The notes below the pieces were generated by a model. The model saw nothing but the letters and a program-made list of their open reading frames with translations. It had not been told where the DNA came from and did not search any database. The position numbers and the translations under genes were made by a program. A stretch of DNA of 64,000 bases from the human T2T-CHM13v2.0 reference genome, Homo sapiens: assembly GCF_009914755.1 (NCBI RefSeq), contig NC_060925.1; one strand, written 5' to 3'. This document shows, piece after piece, positions 29,801 through 47,993 of the stretch (position 1 is the stretch's first letter; each line of letters opens with the position of its first letter).

Positions 29801-31298
29801 CCTGAAGGGCATACCTAACCTCAATAGTGTTGGCTTTTAAAACGTATGTTTGTATGGTAGAGAAACTTTGTAAAAGAAGAATCCAAGAGAAGTTTGTGAG
29901 GATCCTACAAACCCAGGCCCACTCACTTTGCTCTAATTCTTTCTAGTATCTTGTAGATCTAATGGGTCTGGGATAAAAACTTTGAAAAGTGTCAATATTC
30001 CATGTATGCTGCTGAAATGAAGTTAAGTTTGGAAAGAAGTGATACCTCTAGACTGGGTTTATATTAATCTGGGATATAAATGAAGAAGACATACTAATAG
30101 AACTCCTTGCTTTTAATTGGGGAAATAGGGCTTTAATAATTTTGACCTCAACTAAAAATGATATGCAATAGTCTCTGTGTGTGTTTGAAATACATTGTGT
30201 TCTCAGAGATTTCTACATTCTCACGTTCTAGTGATTTGGGGCATGGGCTTAATAGCAGATGTACAGTGTATTCCTGCATTATTGTGATTCCCCTTAAAGC
30301 CCAGTTCTTGCTGTCTTCTACCAGGGGCTGCTGACTCCAGTTACCCATGGAATGCAGGACCTGGGAGGGGTAGCCATTAGGGTCTTTCAAAACTCTTTGG
30401 ATCTAAGCATTTGTCTCTCCTTAAGTGCCAATCACAATTGGATATGGAAGGACTGTGATTTCTGCAATGAACCCAAACTTTTAGAGTAAAAAGCCAAATT
30501 TAAATTATAAGAAAGAAGGGAAAAAAGAGAAAAACTCAAGTCTATTACTTGTAGAGTCCAATTCTTAGCAATGGAATCCCTCTAGGATTCTAGTTTGGGC
30601 TTTGTCTGGATTTGCTTTTCTCAGTTGTGCTTTGAAGTGAATAAGCTTTGTTACAAATTAATTTTTTATTAGTTCCAATATTAGTTGGAGTTAACTTGAA
30701 TTGATTGTATGTAGCACAGCACTTTTGCAGTAAGATTGGTGTGAAATACTAAACACTATGGATTTTGTAGGTGTCAGGTTAAATGGTCAAGGGATACCTA
30801 CATTAAGTCATATATTAGGTATTGATGATCTTACTTCTTTTCTGTTCCCCTGTACAAAACACTTACCTAACCCAGCTTGTGGTTTTAGGACAGCCAAAGC
30901 TCACTGTTGTTGGTTAGTCCTAATCACTACACGGGTCTCATAAATGAGACTTGTTTGAATTTTGGTACATTGGAGCATGTTGGTTGGTATTACACGGCAG
31001 CATTTCGAATGAGTGCAGCTCTGTGTCTGTCAGAAAGGAGAGATAAGACTACTTTGAAGGGAATTAAATATGTGAGTCCTCTTTTTAATGGTGCTTTTTG
31101 TAACCTTTAATGCTGAGGTACAGAGCTGCTTTTCAATATTTCATAAAGGAGTGGCAGACAAGAGTGGATTTTAAAGCTGTTCTTCAAACGTAATTTGTCA
31201 CTGGACTCTGACACACCTGGAAATTATATGATATGATACATACAGAAATGTTGTGGGTTTTTTCCATAAAACTTTAATAAAAGTATTATACAGCAATA
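26842..31298 (+). other. PRKAB2: PRKAB2 long 3'UTR (~4.45 kb)
   Basis: Continuous Alu/L1-free sequence from the stop codon to the distal AATAAA; 3' end approximate. Confidence 0.8.
31276..31281 (+). terminator. PRKAB2: Distal poly(A) signal of PRKAB2
   Basis: AATAAA with T-rich upstream and GT/T-rich downstream sequence. Confidence 0.75.
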
Positions 31299-31569
31299 AT
31301 ATCTGAGTTATTGATTGATGACTGATTATATTATCAAGGTCTGTTTGCCTTGGTGTCTCAGGGCCTAAAGAATGTAAACTGCAAGAAAACACATTTGAAA
31401 GAAGTCATGGGGTAGGGGACACAAATGATGTCCTACTTTTTCTCTTCTTTTTGTTTCAGGCTATGCCAACATTATAGGAATGCAGACTTCATGATTTGAT
31501 TTTCAGCATTTTCTCTGCTGGCTGCACATTTAGCTATCATCCTGTACTGGATTAGCTGAGCTCTTAGAC

Positions 31570-31745
31570 CAATGATTCTCATCCCTGGCTGCACATTCAT
31601 AACACCTATGGAGACTCTATAAACATTGGTGGTCAATCCATTTCCACCCTAGTTAAATGGAAATCTCTGGTATGGGGTCCAGGCATCTGTATTTTTTAAG
31701 TTCCCCCAGATAATGCTAATAGACATCTAGGATTGAGGACTGCTA
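31570..31745. mobile_element. MER5B-like DNA transposon
   Basis: caatgattctcatccctggctgcacatt...ggggtccaggcatctgtattttttaagttcccccagataat. Confidence 0.6.
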
Positions 31746-33529
31746 TCCTGGACCCTTCCTACTTCTCTTTCTCTGTCAGATTATATGCTTCAGTATATAT
31801 GAAAACATTATATACTTTATTCTGACAGCAGATCATTCACCTGAGATGGCCTTGTTCAGGGACATGATTAAAATATAATTTCTGTTTTCCATTCCATCAT
31901 TTCACAAGGTTTCTACATAGCTGGCCTCTGGACTTTTTTTCCTAAAACAACCAAGCTGTTGTATTTTTGCTGCTCTAAAGAGTCAACTGAGTTGAACTAA
32001 GGAAGAAAAGGGACTGACAATGTGGAGTGTGAGAAGAATAGGGGAGTTACTGAGGGAGTGGAAATGCAAGACAGCAGGACATGAAAGGAAGACCTGTGAC
32101 AGAAATCAACTAGAACAGTTCACCTCAAACCTCAATAGCAAGTCCAGAGATTGCCTCCAGGCTAGAGGTAAAAAGTGGGATATGGTATGAACTCAGCCTC
32201 TGGAAGAATGGTCTCCTAAACATCATGTACCCCAGTCACTGAAAACAAAATGGCACCAGAATTTCATCGGGGCCCAAACTTGCACTGATGTGCTTTCTAA
32301 AGCATTTATTTCTGGCTCGTTTGGCTTGGAGTCTTTTGTAGTATCTCTTCCAAAGACCCCCTTCTCCCCTGCCTTGACAATTAACCATGACACAGGTGAT
32401 TTGGGTACATCATGAGTCTCTTCCTCTCCCTACTCCTCTGTCCTCTGTGGTCACTGTTCATCCAGAATCACATATGCAGGTCTGGAGTACCACGTCCCTT
32501 TCTGTAACCCATTTCTTGGCTCCAGGGCACGTACATTGACTGAAGATGAACCACTCTGTTCTCTCCTGGCAGTTAGCATTCTCTCAGCACTTAGCTGTGT
32601 TCTGAAGGAGGCTCCTGTCTCTCAAGAACTTCCTAAGTAGAAAGGCAGAGTTCTGTGTCAGAAGTTAGAAGGTTTAAGGTCTGTATGCCGGGCGATATTT
32701 TAAACACAAAGTAGGGTTTCACAGACTTCTCAACGACTCCTGAGCTAATTTCCACTTACTACATCTTCCAAAGCCCTCTTGCTAGTGACAACTTATGATG
32801 AGAATATCAGGTAAGGATATCGAACACCTGAAAGAGTTATGGAGATTACTACAGACCTGTATACCTGGATGGTGTTGAGGGGTGGACTCTGACTTCAGAC
32901 CAGCTGATACTCTAAACTATAACCTACAACTCTAACTTATTTTTTTTGAGGGGTGGGGGGGAAATCTCTGTTATTGATTACAATAGTTGTGGATCACTTA
33001 CAAGTTAGATATAGCGATTGGGTAGTGGAATGGGTGTTGGATGCAACAGGATCTTGGAAAATATTTCTGGGGGTTAGAGGATAGGCTGAGAATATTATAG
33101 ATGTTTGGAAACATTTGTGCCAACCTGAAGATGGTGTTTCTTTGTCTCTCCCAATTAGCACAGCTGTGTTCTGTTGGTCATCTGGTAGAGTGATCAATCT
33201 AGAGTTAGAATACCTAGGGATGACATAAAGGAATATGACAGTCCGGAAATCTACCAGATGAAGAGCCAGTCTGAGCTCAGAGGGGATTTTGAGCCAAGGC
33301 ATGGCATTTTATTTTTAGATGGAGCTGAACATTGTGATAGTAACCAGCACTAGATGAACTAAAGTTCAGGAGGAAAAGCGGAACTATCCAAGGTGAACTG
33401 AGATTACTAGCCATTTTATCCCCTGGGCCCATTTGCTTACTCTGCACGTGGAGTTAGGACTGACCTTTGCCCAGACACAGGGTGTTTGATGGGGTCAAAT
33501 GACATTAAATACCAAGCACTGGATCCCTA

Positions 33530-34254
33530 AAATATGGGAAACAAATGAGGTGAGCCCTTTAGTTGCCCAGGTTACATGCTGAAGGGAAACTAAGATTGCA
33601 GATGGAATCAAGTTTGCTAATCAGCTGACCTTGAGATGCAAATATTACCCTGGATTATTTAGTTAGGCCCAATCTAATAAGTGCAAGAGGGAAGTCAGAG
33701 TGATAGGACATGAAAAGAACTTGACTTGCTGTTGCTGGCTTTTGAAGATGAGAAAAGAGAACTATAAACCCAGGAATGTGGTAGCCTTAGGAGCAAGGAA
33801 ATGGATTCTCTCTCAGAGCCTCCAGGAAGAAACACAATGGCTTTATTTTAGTTCAGTAGTCTTTTTTTTTTAATTTTATTATCATCATACTTTAAGTCTT
33901 AGGGTACATGTGCACAACGTGCAGGTTTGTTACATATGTATACATGTGCCATGTTGGTGTGCTGCACCCATTAACTCGTCATTTAGCATTAGGTATATCT
34001 CCTAATGCTATCCCTCCCCCCTCCCCCCACCCCACAACAGTCCCCAGAGTGTGATGTTCCCCTTCCTGTGTCCATGTGTTCTCATTGTTCAATTCCCACC
34101 TATGAGTGAGAACATGTGGTATTTGGTTTTTTGTTGTTGCGTTACTGACCCATTTGGATGTGGAAATACAGAAGTGTAAGACAATAAATTTGTGTTGTTT
34201 TAAGTCACTAAGTTTGTTGAAATTTGTCAACAGCAGTGATAGGAAATGAATACA
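33530..34254 (+). mobile_element. MLT1 (MLT1D/E-like) LTR split by an L1PA 3' fragment
   Basis: ttgcagatggaatcaagtttgctaatcagctgaccttgagat...aataaatttgtgttgttttaagtcactaagtttg...aataca. Confidence 0.75.
33862..34133 (-). mobile_element. L1PA (PA4-like) 3' end, ~270 bp
   Basis: Near-consensus primate L1 3'UTR with poly(A) (T-run 33862-33871) and G-rich tract. Confidence 0.92.
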
Positions 34255-34289
34255 ACATGTCTATGGTCTGATCTAATATCTTAAATCAA

Positions 34290-36139
34290 GAGCCATAGGA
34301 TCAAGTTGTTTCCAAGTAACTTACCTGCATCCTAGAACAAAGCTCAAGAATATTTATAGGAAAACAAAAATGTTCAGCACCAAACAAGAAAAAGTTTATC
34401 ATATCCGACATCGGAAAAAAACTGAGGCACTCAAAAAAATAGAAAAATCAAACCATTATGAGAAAAAAAAAAATCCATCAATTGAAATTGACTCAGAACT
34501 GTTACATGAGGGTAGAAATAGCAGACAGTTGAAACAATAATAAGTTTATAAGTTCAAAAGCTGGAGAAAAAAGCAAACATGTTTATATATATATATAAAT
34601 ATGTAAGTGTGTTTTATCACGTCTGAAAGACCCAAATTGAACTTTATAGATTAAAACTACAAATCATGAGAAGAAAAGTAAACTGGATAGGCTGAACATT
34701 AGATTAGACATTGCAAAGAAAGATTATACTTGAAAGACGTAAGAATAGAAACTACACAAAATAAAACTGAAAAAGGGCTTAAAAATGAACAACACATCAG
34801 TGAATTGTGGAAAAACTTCAAGTGGCATAATAATTGGTACTATGTGTGTCCCCTCCAAAATTCATGGTGAAACTTAATCTCCATTGTGGTGGTATTAATT
34901 GGGGCCTTTTAGGAAGAGATTAGGTCTTGAGGGGTCCTCCCATGTGAATGGGATTAAGGCATTTATAAAAGAGGCTTCACACAGAGTTTTGGCCTTTTTT
35001 GCCCTCTGCCTTCTACCATGTAAGAACACAGCAACAAGCAACCATCTTGAAAGTGAAGAGCCACTCTCACTAGACACCAGTGCCGGTGCCTTGATCTAGG
35101 GCTTCCCAGCCTCCAGAACTGCACAAAATAAATTTCTATTATTTCAAAATTGCATAGGCTGTGATATTTTGTTATAGAAGCAGAAATGGACCAAGACAAC
35201 TGGAATACCCAAAAGAGGTACGAGAGGAATAGGACAAATATTAGTAGAAATAGTGACCCAAATTTCCCGAAATTTGATGGAACCTATAAAGCCACAGATC
35301 TAAGTAGCTCAATTAACCCCAAGCACAAGAAATAAGAAAATAAAACAACTAAATGAAGGCAAATCATAATAAAATCTCTCAAAACCCGTTAGAAAAATTG
35401 TAAAAGCAGCCAGAGGAGAAACAACTAGTTATGTACAAAGGAAGAAAGATAAGGGTGATAGCAGATTTATCATCAAAACAATTATAAGCTAGAACACAGT
35501 GGAGCAACATCTTTTAAGTACTGAAAGAAAAAAAACCCCTACAACCTGGAATTATTTACCCAGTGAAAATACGTTTCAAAAAGTGAAGGTGAAATAAGAA
35601 CTTACATTAAAAAGCTGAGGCCAGGCATGATGGCTCATGCCTGTAATCCCAGCACTTTGGGAAGTTGAGGGAGGGAGATTGCTTGAGGCCAGGACTTTGA
35701 GACCAGCCTGGGCAATATAGCAAGACCCCATCTCCAAAAAAAAAATTAGCCAGCTGTGGTGGTACGCACCTGTATTCTTACCTACTCGGGAGGCTGGGGC
35801 AAGGGCATTGCTGTTGCTTGAGCTCAGGAGTTGGAGGTTGCAGTGAGCAATGATGCAGTGCACTGCAGCCTGGGTGACAGAGTGAGCCCTTTTTTCTAAC
35901 AAAAACGAAAAGGCTGGCAGAGTGACTTTCATTTCTGGGAAGATGGAATAGGCATGCTTTTCCCTATTCCTACCAGTAAGTAGAAATAAAACCCTGGACA
36001 TTTTCTATACAATAAACATAAGGAGACTCTGAAAGATGAAGAGAAAAGGGCAGAAACTTCAGGCTTCAAAAAATGACACAGTGAGTTAGTTGTCTGCTCT
36101 CTTTAGCCCATGTGGACCAGGAAAGGGGCAGCCTAACAA

Positions 36140-36140
<1 letters not shown>
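34290..36140 (+). mobile_element. Old L1M ORF1-region fragments interrupted by an MST LTR (~34835-35198) and AluJ (35619-35910)
   Basis: A-rich ORF1-like sequence (aagccacagatc...agctcaattaacccc, agcagatttatcatca); LTR ends agaaatggaccaagaca. Confidence 0.65.
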
Positions 36141-37060
<920 letters not shown>

Positions 37061-37717
37061 CCCTATATTATCCCAGTAATCCTCTGGGAGATTCTCTACA
37101 CTCTCTAAGGTTGTAGCAAAGACTCTTCCTTAGAGAAGACCCTGCCTTATGCCATCCTTTCTTCTCTGAGACATCCTCCTGTGGATGAGAATGGGATGAG
37201 AATGTGATGAGAATGGGATTGCCTTTGAGAATTCTCAATGTTCCAGCCTCTGATTAGGAAAAAATGTCTCATCCTATGTGCCCTGTCCCTACCTTGCTAT
37301 AATATCCAGAGGTTAGAACAATTCCCACATTCTGATAAAAGTATATTTTTGAGCACTTATTTTCTACAAGTTTGAGGTCTTAAAGGAAATCTTATTCACT
37401 GACCTGTGTACCTCCAGTGCTTATCATGGTGTCCAAAAAATTAATTACTCAATAAATATTCATGAGATAATATATGTAAAACCCTTTGTAAACTGAATGT
37501 GCAGAAGAATATAATTATTACTATTTCGGTAGATGAAATGGTCCTTTTTCCTTAACCTCTCCTGGTCCTAAAAAGAACTGTTAAAGGTAAGTCTCTAACA
37601 CTTCTTCAAGCACTTTTTATTCCTGCTAATCCAACAGTTGTTTCTTGGGCTCTGGGGTGTGGGGCAGAGGCTTATGGCCACATTTTTCTCCTCTTGGCAT
37701 TGTGCTCCCTAGGAGTA

Positions 37718-38312
37718 ACGCGTCCCCATTTCAAGTTGCAGGGTTCCATTCTTTTCCAGTCAATGCCCTCACTTTAACGGTAGACACCTGGCTAGGCTGT
37801 GCACTCATCTTTCATTGCAGGTCAGCCAGTCGCATGATGCAAGCTTGTGTCTGTTTTTCCACAATTTCAGCTTTTTATCTACAGGATATAAGACTCTCAC
37901 TCAGGGCAGTGTTAGCAGATTTGAGGTGCAGTGTCTGCTTCTGAGGCTGGGAGACAGAATCCCTGAGTTCATCCTTTTCTTTCATCACTTTGTCCACTGA
38001 ACTTATGAGCAACTAACCAGCTTCATTATGTTCCTTAGTTCTTCACATATGGTCAAAGGTATTATGTATAGAGTCACTAAACTCCTTGCCTCTCATGAGC
38101 AGTGAATCATGAGTGTCAAATGCATCTATTTTGCATAACTCTCTAAACTGTTTGCACAGAAGACTATCAATGTTTTCCATACTATTAGAAGTAGAGTCCT
38201 TAGCATTTTGGGTCCAATAATATTAAGCAGCCAACTCCAGAAACCCCAAAACCAATGAAAAACTCCATCCTTAATATTCTGTTCCTCTAGAACCACCCCT
38301 GGTAGCAAAATC
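37718..38312 (-). mobile_element. HERV-L internal 5' region (leader and degenerate gag start), truncated
   Basis: On - strand immediately follows the LTR with gattttgctaccaggggtggttctagaggaacagaatattaaggatggag, the HERVL-int start. Confidence 0.85.
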
Positions 38313-38845
38313 TGTATTAGTCAGGGTTCTCTTAGAGGGACAGAACAAATAGGATATGTGTGTGTATATATATATATATATACACATATATATATATATA
38401 CACACACATGCATACACATATATGTATATGTGTGTGTATATATAGTTTATTTTATATATATATGTATATATATAGGAGTTTATTAAGTATTAACTTACAC
38501 AATCACAAGGTCCCACAATAAGTTGTCTGCAAGCTGAGGAGCAAGGAGAGCCAGTCCGAGTCCCAAAACTGAAGAACTTGGGGTTCAATGTTTGAGGGCA
38601 GGAAGCATCCAGCATGGGAGAAAGATGGAGGCTAGGCCCGTCTCTGTCCTTTTCACGTTTTTCTGCCTGCTTTAGTTCGCTGGAAGCTGATTAGATTGTG
38701 CCCACCAGATTAAGGGTGGGTCTGCCGTTCCCAGCCCACTGACTCAAACATTAATCTCTTTTGGCAACACCCACACAGACACACCCAGGATCAATATTTT
38801 TAGTCCTTCAGTCCAATCAAGTTGACACTCAGTATTAACTATACA
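38313..38845 (-). mobile_element. MLT2A (A1/A2) HERV-L 5' LTR with internal (TA/CA)n microsatellite 38355-38473
   Basis: TG...CA termini; consensus tgtattagtcagggttctct...gtccgagtcccaaaactgaagaacttgg...caatcaagttgacactcagtattaac. Confidence 0.88.
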
Positions 38846-39550
38846 GATGGGATCAACTGTAGCGTAAGAAGTGAAAAGTTACTGCATTGAACAGCCCCTA
38901 ATAACTTCTGGAGAAAACATATTTCCACTTGACCCTAATGATGGCTTTAAATACCAAAATCAAAGAGAACCACTGACTTCCATTTTCTTTCAGAGATGCG
39001 AGTCTTTTAGTAAACTTAAAGTTGGAAAAATGGCTCTGTCTCTAGTGCCATGCAGTGAAACAGATAGCATGGTAGATGACATAGGCAAGGGCAGAATGGA
39101 GTTAATGACAATGACATAAGATGATAAAAAAAATAATAATTTGGGGCCTTTGAAGGAACAGATGAGCTGGCTCAGAGAAACATTACACCATTGTAGAAAA
39201 ACAACTTTTGCAAAATTTTCCACTCAGTGGGCACCACATATTTATTTTAGGATCTTCATTCATTCTTTCACAGACAGTTTACTTACTGGCTTGGGCCCAC
39301 AATGACTTTTCCGACAGAGGTGAGGGATTAGCACAACAGCACACATACACCTGAAAGAAATAGTGAATTTCTAATTTTCAGACTTTAGTCTCTGACCTAA
39401 CCAAATAATTCACTACTATAGATTTTAACTATTAATAATATTAATGATGCTCACAAATATGCAGATTTAAGCACATCTTATAATAATAATGTATGCTTTA
39501 AACAAGTGGTAGAACTGTAGTCCAGGGATGTTAATAAAAGTGGCAAATAA

Positions 39551-39724
<174 letters not shown>

Positions 39725-40285
39725 TAAAAGAAGGAAGAAGGCTGGCAACCCAATGTACAGTATGTCACATACATACTGTTGATTGGTTATAAATCAGTGG
39801 GAATAAATTTATGTTTATACTGACTTTTGGGTTCTGTCATAGAGGCAGAACATGGAGAAACAAAAAACTGGAGTAAAAGATAAATTCATTTGAGTAATAG
39901 GACTTTAGTAAACCACAGACAAACATTTAAGAAACCACCCTTAAAGCTGTTTGTGGGCCATGTTTTAGCCTATCAAAGTTGAACTTTAGGAGAGATACGT
40001 AATGACAAATGAATGGTTTTTTTTTTTGGTTTTTTTTTTTTTGTGACACAGTCAAATGACCCACTGGGAATGTGACCTTGTGATTCACCCAGGTGAGCAA
40101 GCTTGACATGATTGGACATAAATCTAGGTCAATAACTAAAGAGGTACTCAAATGTGCTACACGTGTCAATTGTGACATAACAAACTGAAGGCCATTCATT
40201 CTCCCTTGAGGGAATGAGGCTGATACAGCAGGAGACTGCAGACTCCACTGCAGAATCAGGGTCTTGATGCTCACATACTGAAGGG

Positions 40286-40321
40286 AGTAGATCCTACTTC
40301 GCATGTGGAGTAGGATCTACT
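40286..40321. repeat. 36-bp near-perfect palindrome
   Basis: AGTAGATCCTACT (40286-40298) is the exact reverse complement of AGTAGGATCTACT (40309-40321); spacer tcgcatgtgg. Confidence 0.9.
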
Positions 40322-40819
40322 GTCTCCTAAGGCTGAGTATTTCACAAAGAAACCCTCTCAAGCCCATTATTATTAGTTATTTTAAAGATCTGGTCTCATT
40401 TTATAATAGATCACATCAGAAATAAGACTAGTCAGGATCAGGTACCTACTCATGATAACTTGATGGATATATCACTGAAGATCATCCCAAAGTCTCTGAC
40501 ACTACGTAACTCTGGGATAGATTATTGAATACTAAATTTGAAAATAAGGGATAACATTGGCTTCTAAATTTTACAAATGTAACATTGCAGACAGACATGC
40601 ACATGGGAAGCCCCATCAACTGCATAGGTACTCTTAAGGAAAACTTATTGGTAAACATGCAGAACATTTCACGTGCATTGGTCCACAAGGTACAAACTCT
40701 GCCCAGCCTCAGAACTTGATATGGGTTCCTCTTCCTTGGGCTGATGATAAAGCTCCAAGTGAAATAAAAAAGATTCTTTTCACCTGGTAAATACACAAGA
40801 CCCTAAAAATATTGTCACT

Positions 40820-41840
40820 GCCAAATGTAACTTGAATCTGAAAAACATTTGTTTCTAGCAGGATACAAGATCAATAGACAAAAATCAATTCTATTTTGTG
40901 TAATTCCAATGCACAATTGAAATGTAAAAAGCAATACCAGTTACAATAGTATCAAACATATAAAACACATAGGGATAAATCTGATTGAAAATTACAAAAC
41001 GTTGCACAGAGAACATAATGAATACCTAAAAACTAGAGAGACATTATTTGTTCATGGGTCAGGAGACTAAATATTGTTGAGATGTTAGTTTTCCCCAATT
41101 TGAACTATAAATTCAATGCAATTCCACTCAAAATCTCAGCAAGCATCTCTGGTGGAAATTGATCAGCTGATTTTAAAATTAATATGAACTAGCCTAACCA
41201 AAATGCCTGTACAATGAACAAACTTGGAGGGCTAGCTCTACCTGATTTGAAAAACTATTATAGTAATCAAAACAGAGTGGTATTCGGATATAATCAATAA
41301 AATAGATTGATAAAATAGGAACAAAATATACAGTCTGAAAATAATACATATATAGAGAACAGATTTTTGACAAACATGAAAAAGAAAAATATATATTAAA
41401 AATGTATAATCTTTCAACAAATGGTCAAGGATTTTTTTAAACAAATGAATATGATAATCCACATGCATATAAAAATAAGTAAAAAATCAGATCCATGTGT
41501 CATTCCATAAAAATTAGTGTGTACCAGAGGCTGGGAAGGAGAATGGAGAGATGATGGGAGTTGGTTAATGAGTACAAAAATACAGTTAGATAGAAGAAAT
41601 AAATTCTAGTATTCAATAGTGTAGTAGGGAGACCACAGTTAAAGTTAATTTATTGTATATTTCAAAATAGCTGGAAGAGAAGAATTGGAATATTTATAAC
41701 ACAAAGAAAAGATAAAGGTTTGAGGTGATATCTTAATTACACTGATTCGATCATTATACATTGTATATATTTATCAAATTATCACATATATCCCCAAAAT
41801 ATGTACAACTTCTGTATATTAATAAAAAAATAATAAAATG
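40820..41840 (+). mobile_element. Old L1M ORF2 fragment and L1MA 3' end (41520-41840)
   Basis: ggatacaagatcaatagacaaaaatcaatt; ccagaggctgggaaggg...gagtacaaaaatacagttagatagaag. Confidence 0.75.
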
Positions 41841-41854
41841 TAGATCATAGACAC

Positions 41855-46922
<5,068 letters not shown>

Positions 46923-47677
46923 CTACAACACTAAGGGAACTCTCAAAGATTATTAAAAAGGAGACAAAAAAATCAAATTTTCAAATGAATAAAAGATATG
47001 TAAAGATACTTTGGCAAAAAAAAAATATGAAAGGCACATAACAACATGACAAGGTATTCAACATCGTTAGTAACTAGGTAAATGCAAATTTAAACCACTG
47101 AATACCAAGTAAAATGACTAAAGTTAAAAAATTCACCATTCCATATACTGGCAAAGATGTATGGGAATTAAAACTTCATGCATTGCTGATGAGAATGTGA
47201 AATTTTACAAGCACATTATAAAGCAGTTTGGCAGCTTCTTAAAATAGTAAACCTGTACCAACAATATGATACTGCTATTACATCCAAATCAAAGGAAAGG
47301 ATATGTCCATACAAATTTGTTGATAGAAGCTTTAGTCTTAACACCAGAAGCCATCCAAATCCACGAACAGGTGAATGAATAAAATAAATTGTGATGTATC
47401 TGTCACGTGGGATATTACTCAGCAGTATAGCAGAGCGATCTATTGATACACCTGACAACATGTCTACATCTCAAAATAATTATTCTGAATGAAAAAATCA
47501 AACCAGAAAAATGTACATTCTATATGATTCTATTTATAAAAAACTTTAGAAAATTTAAATTGATCTACTATGACAGAAAGACAACCAGTGGTTGCCTGAG
47601 GTGGGGAGAGAAAGGTGAAGAAGGAATTACTAGGGACACAAGAAAACTTTGGAAGTGGTAGATCTATCCTCTATGGT

Positions 47678-47993
47678 TTTTTTTGTTTTGTGTTGTTTGT
47701 TTGTTTGTTTTGAGACAGGGTCTGGTTCTGTCATCCAGACTGGAGTGCAGTGGCACAATCTTGGCTCACTGCAATTTCTGTCTCCTGGGCTCAAGCCATC
47801 CTCCCAACTCAGCCTCCCAAGTAGCTGAGACTACAGGGCTGGCTAGTTTTTGTATTTTTTTTTTTTTTTTTTTTTTAGAAATGCGGTTTCACCATGTTTC
47901 CCAGGCTGATCTCAAAATCCAGACCTGAAGCAATCTGCCTGCCTTGGCCTCCCAAAGTGCCAGGATTACAGGTGTAAGCCACTGTGCCCGACC
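47678..47993 (-). mobile_element. AluJ
   Basis: Antisense Alu, gagacagggtct...ctgggctcaagccatcctccca. Confidence 0.85.

Noticed and set aside
32750-32817. Strong donor CAG|gtaagg at ~32811 downstream of PRKAB2
   Set aside because: No convincing acceptor, ORF or homology; isolated consensus donors are common
33178-33261. 12-bp inverted repeat tcatctggtaga / tctaccagatga, 60 nt apart
   Set aside because: A match of this length and spacing is plausible by chance in 64 kb, and the interior does not pair
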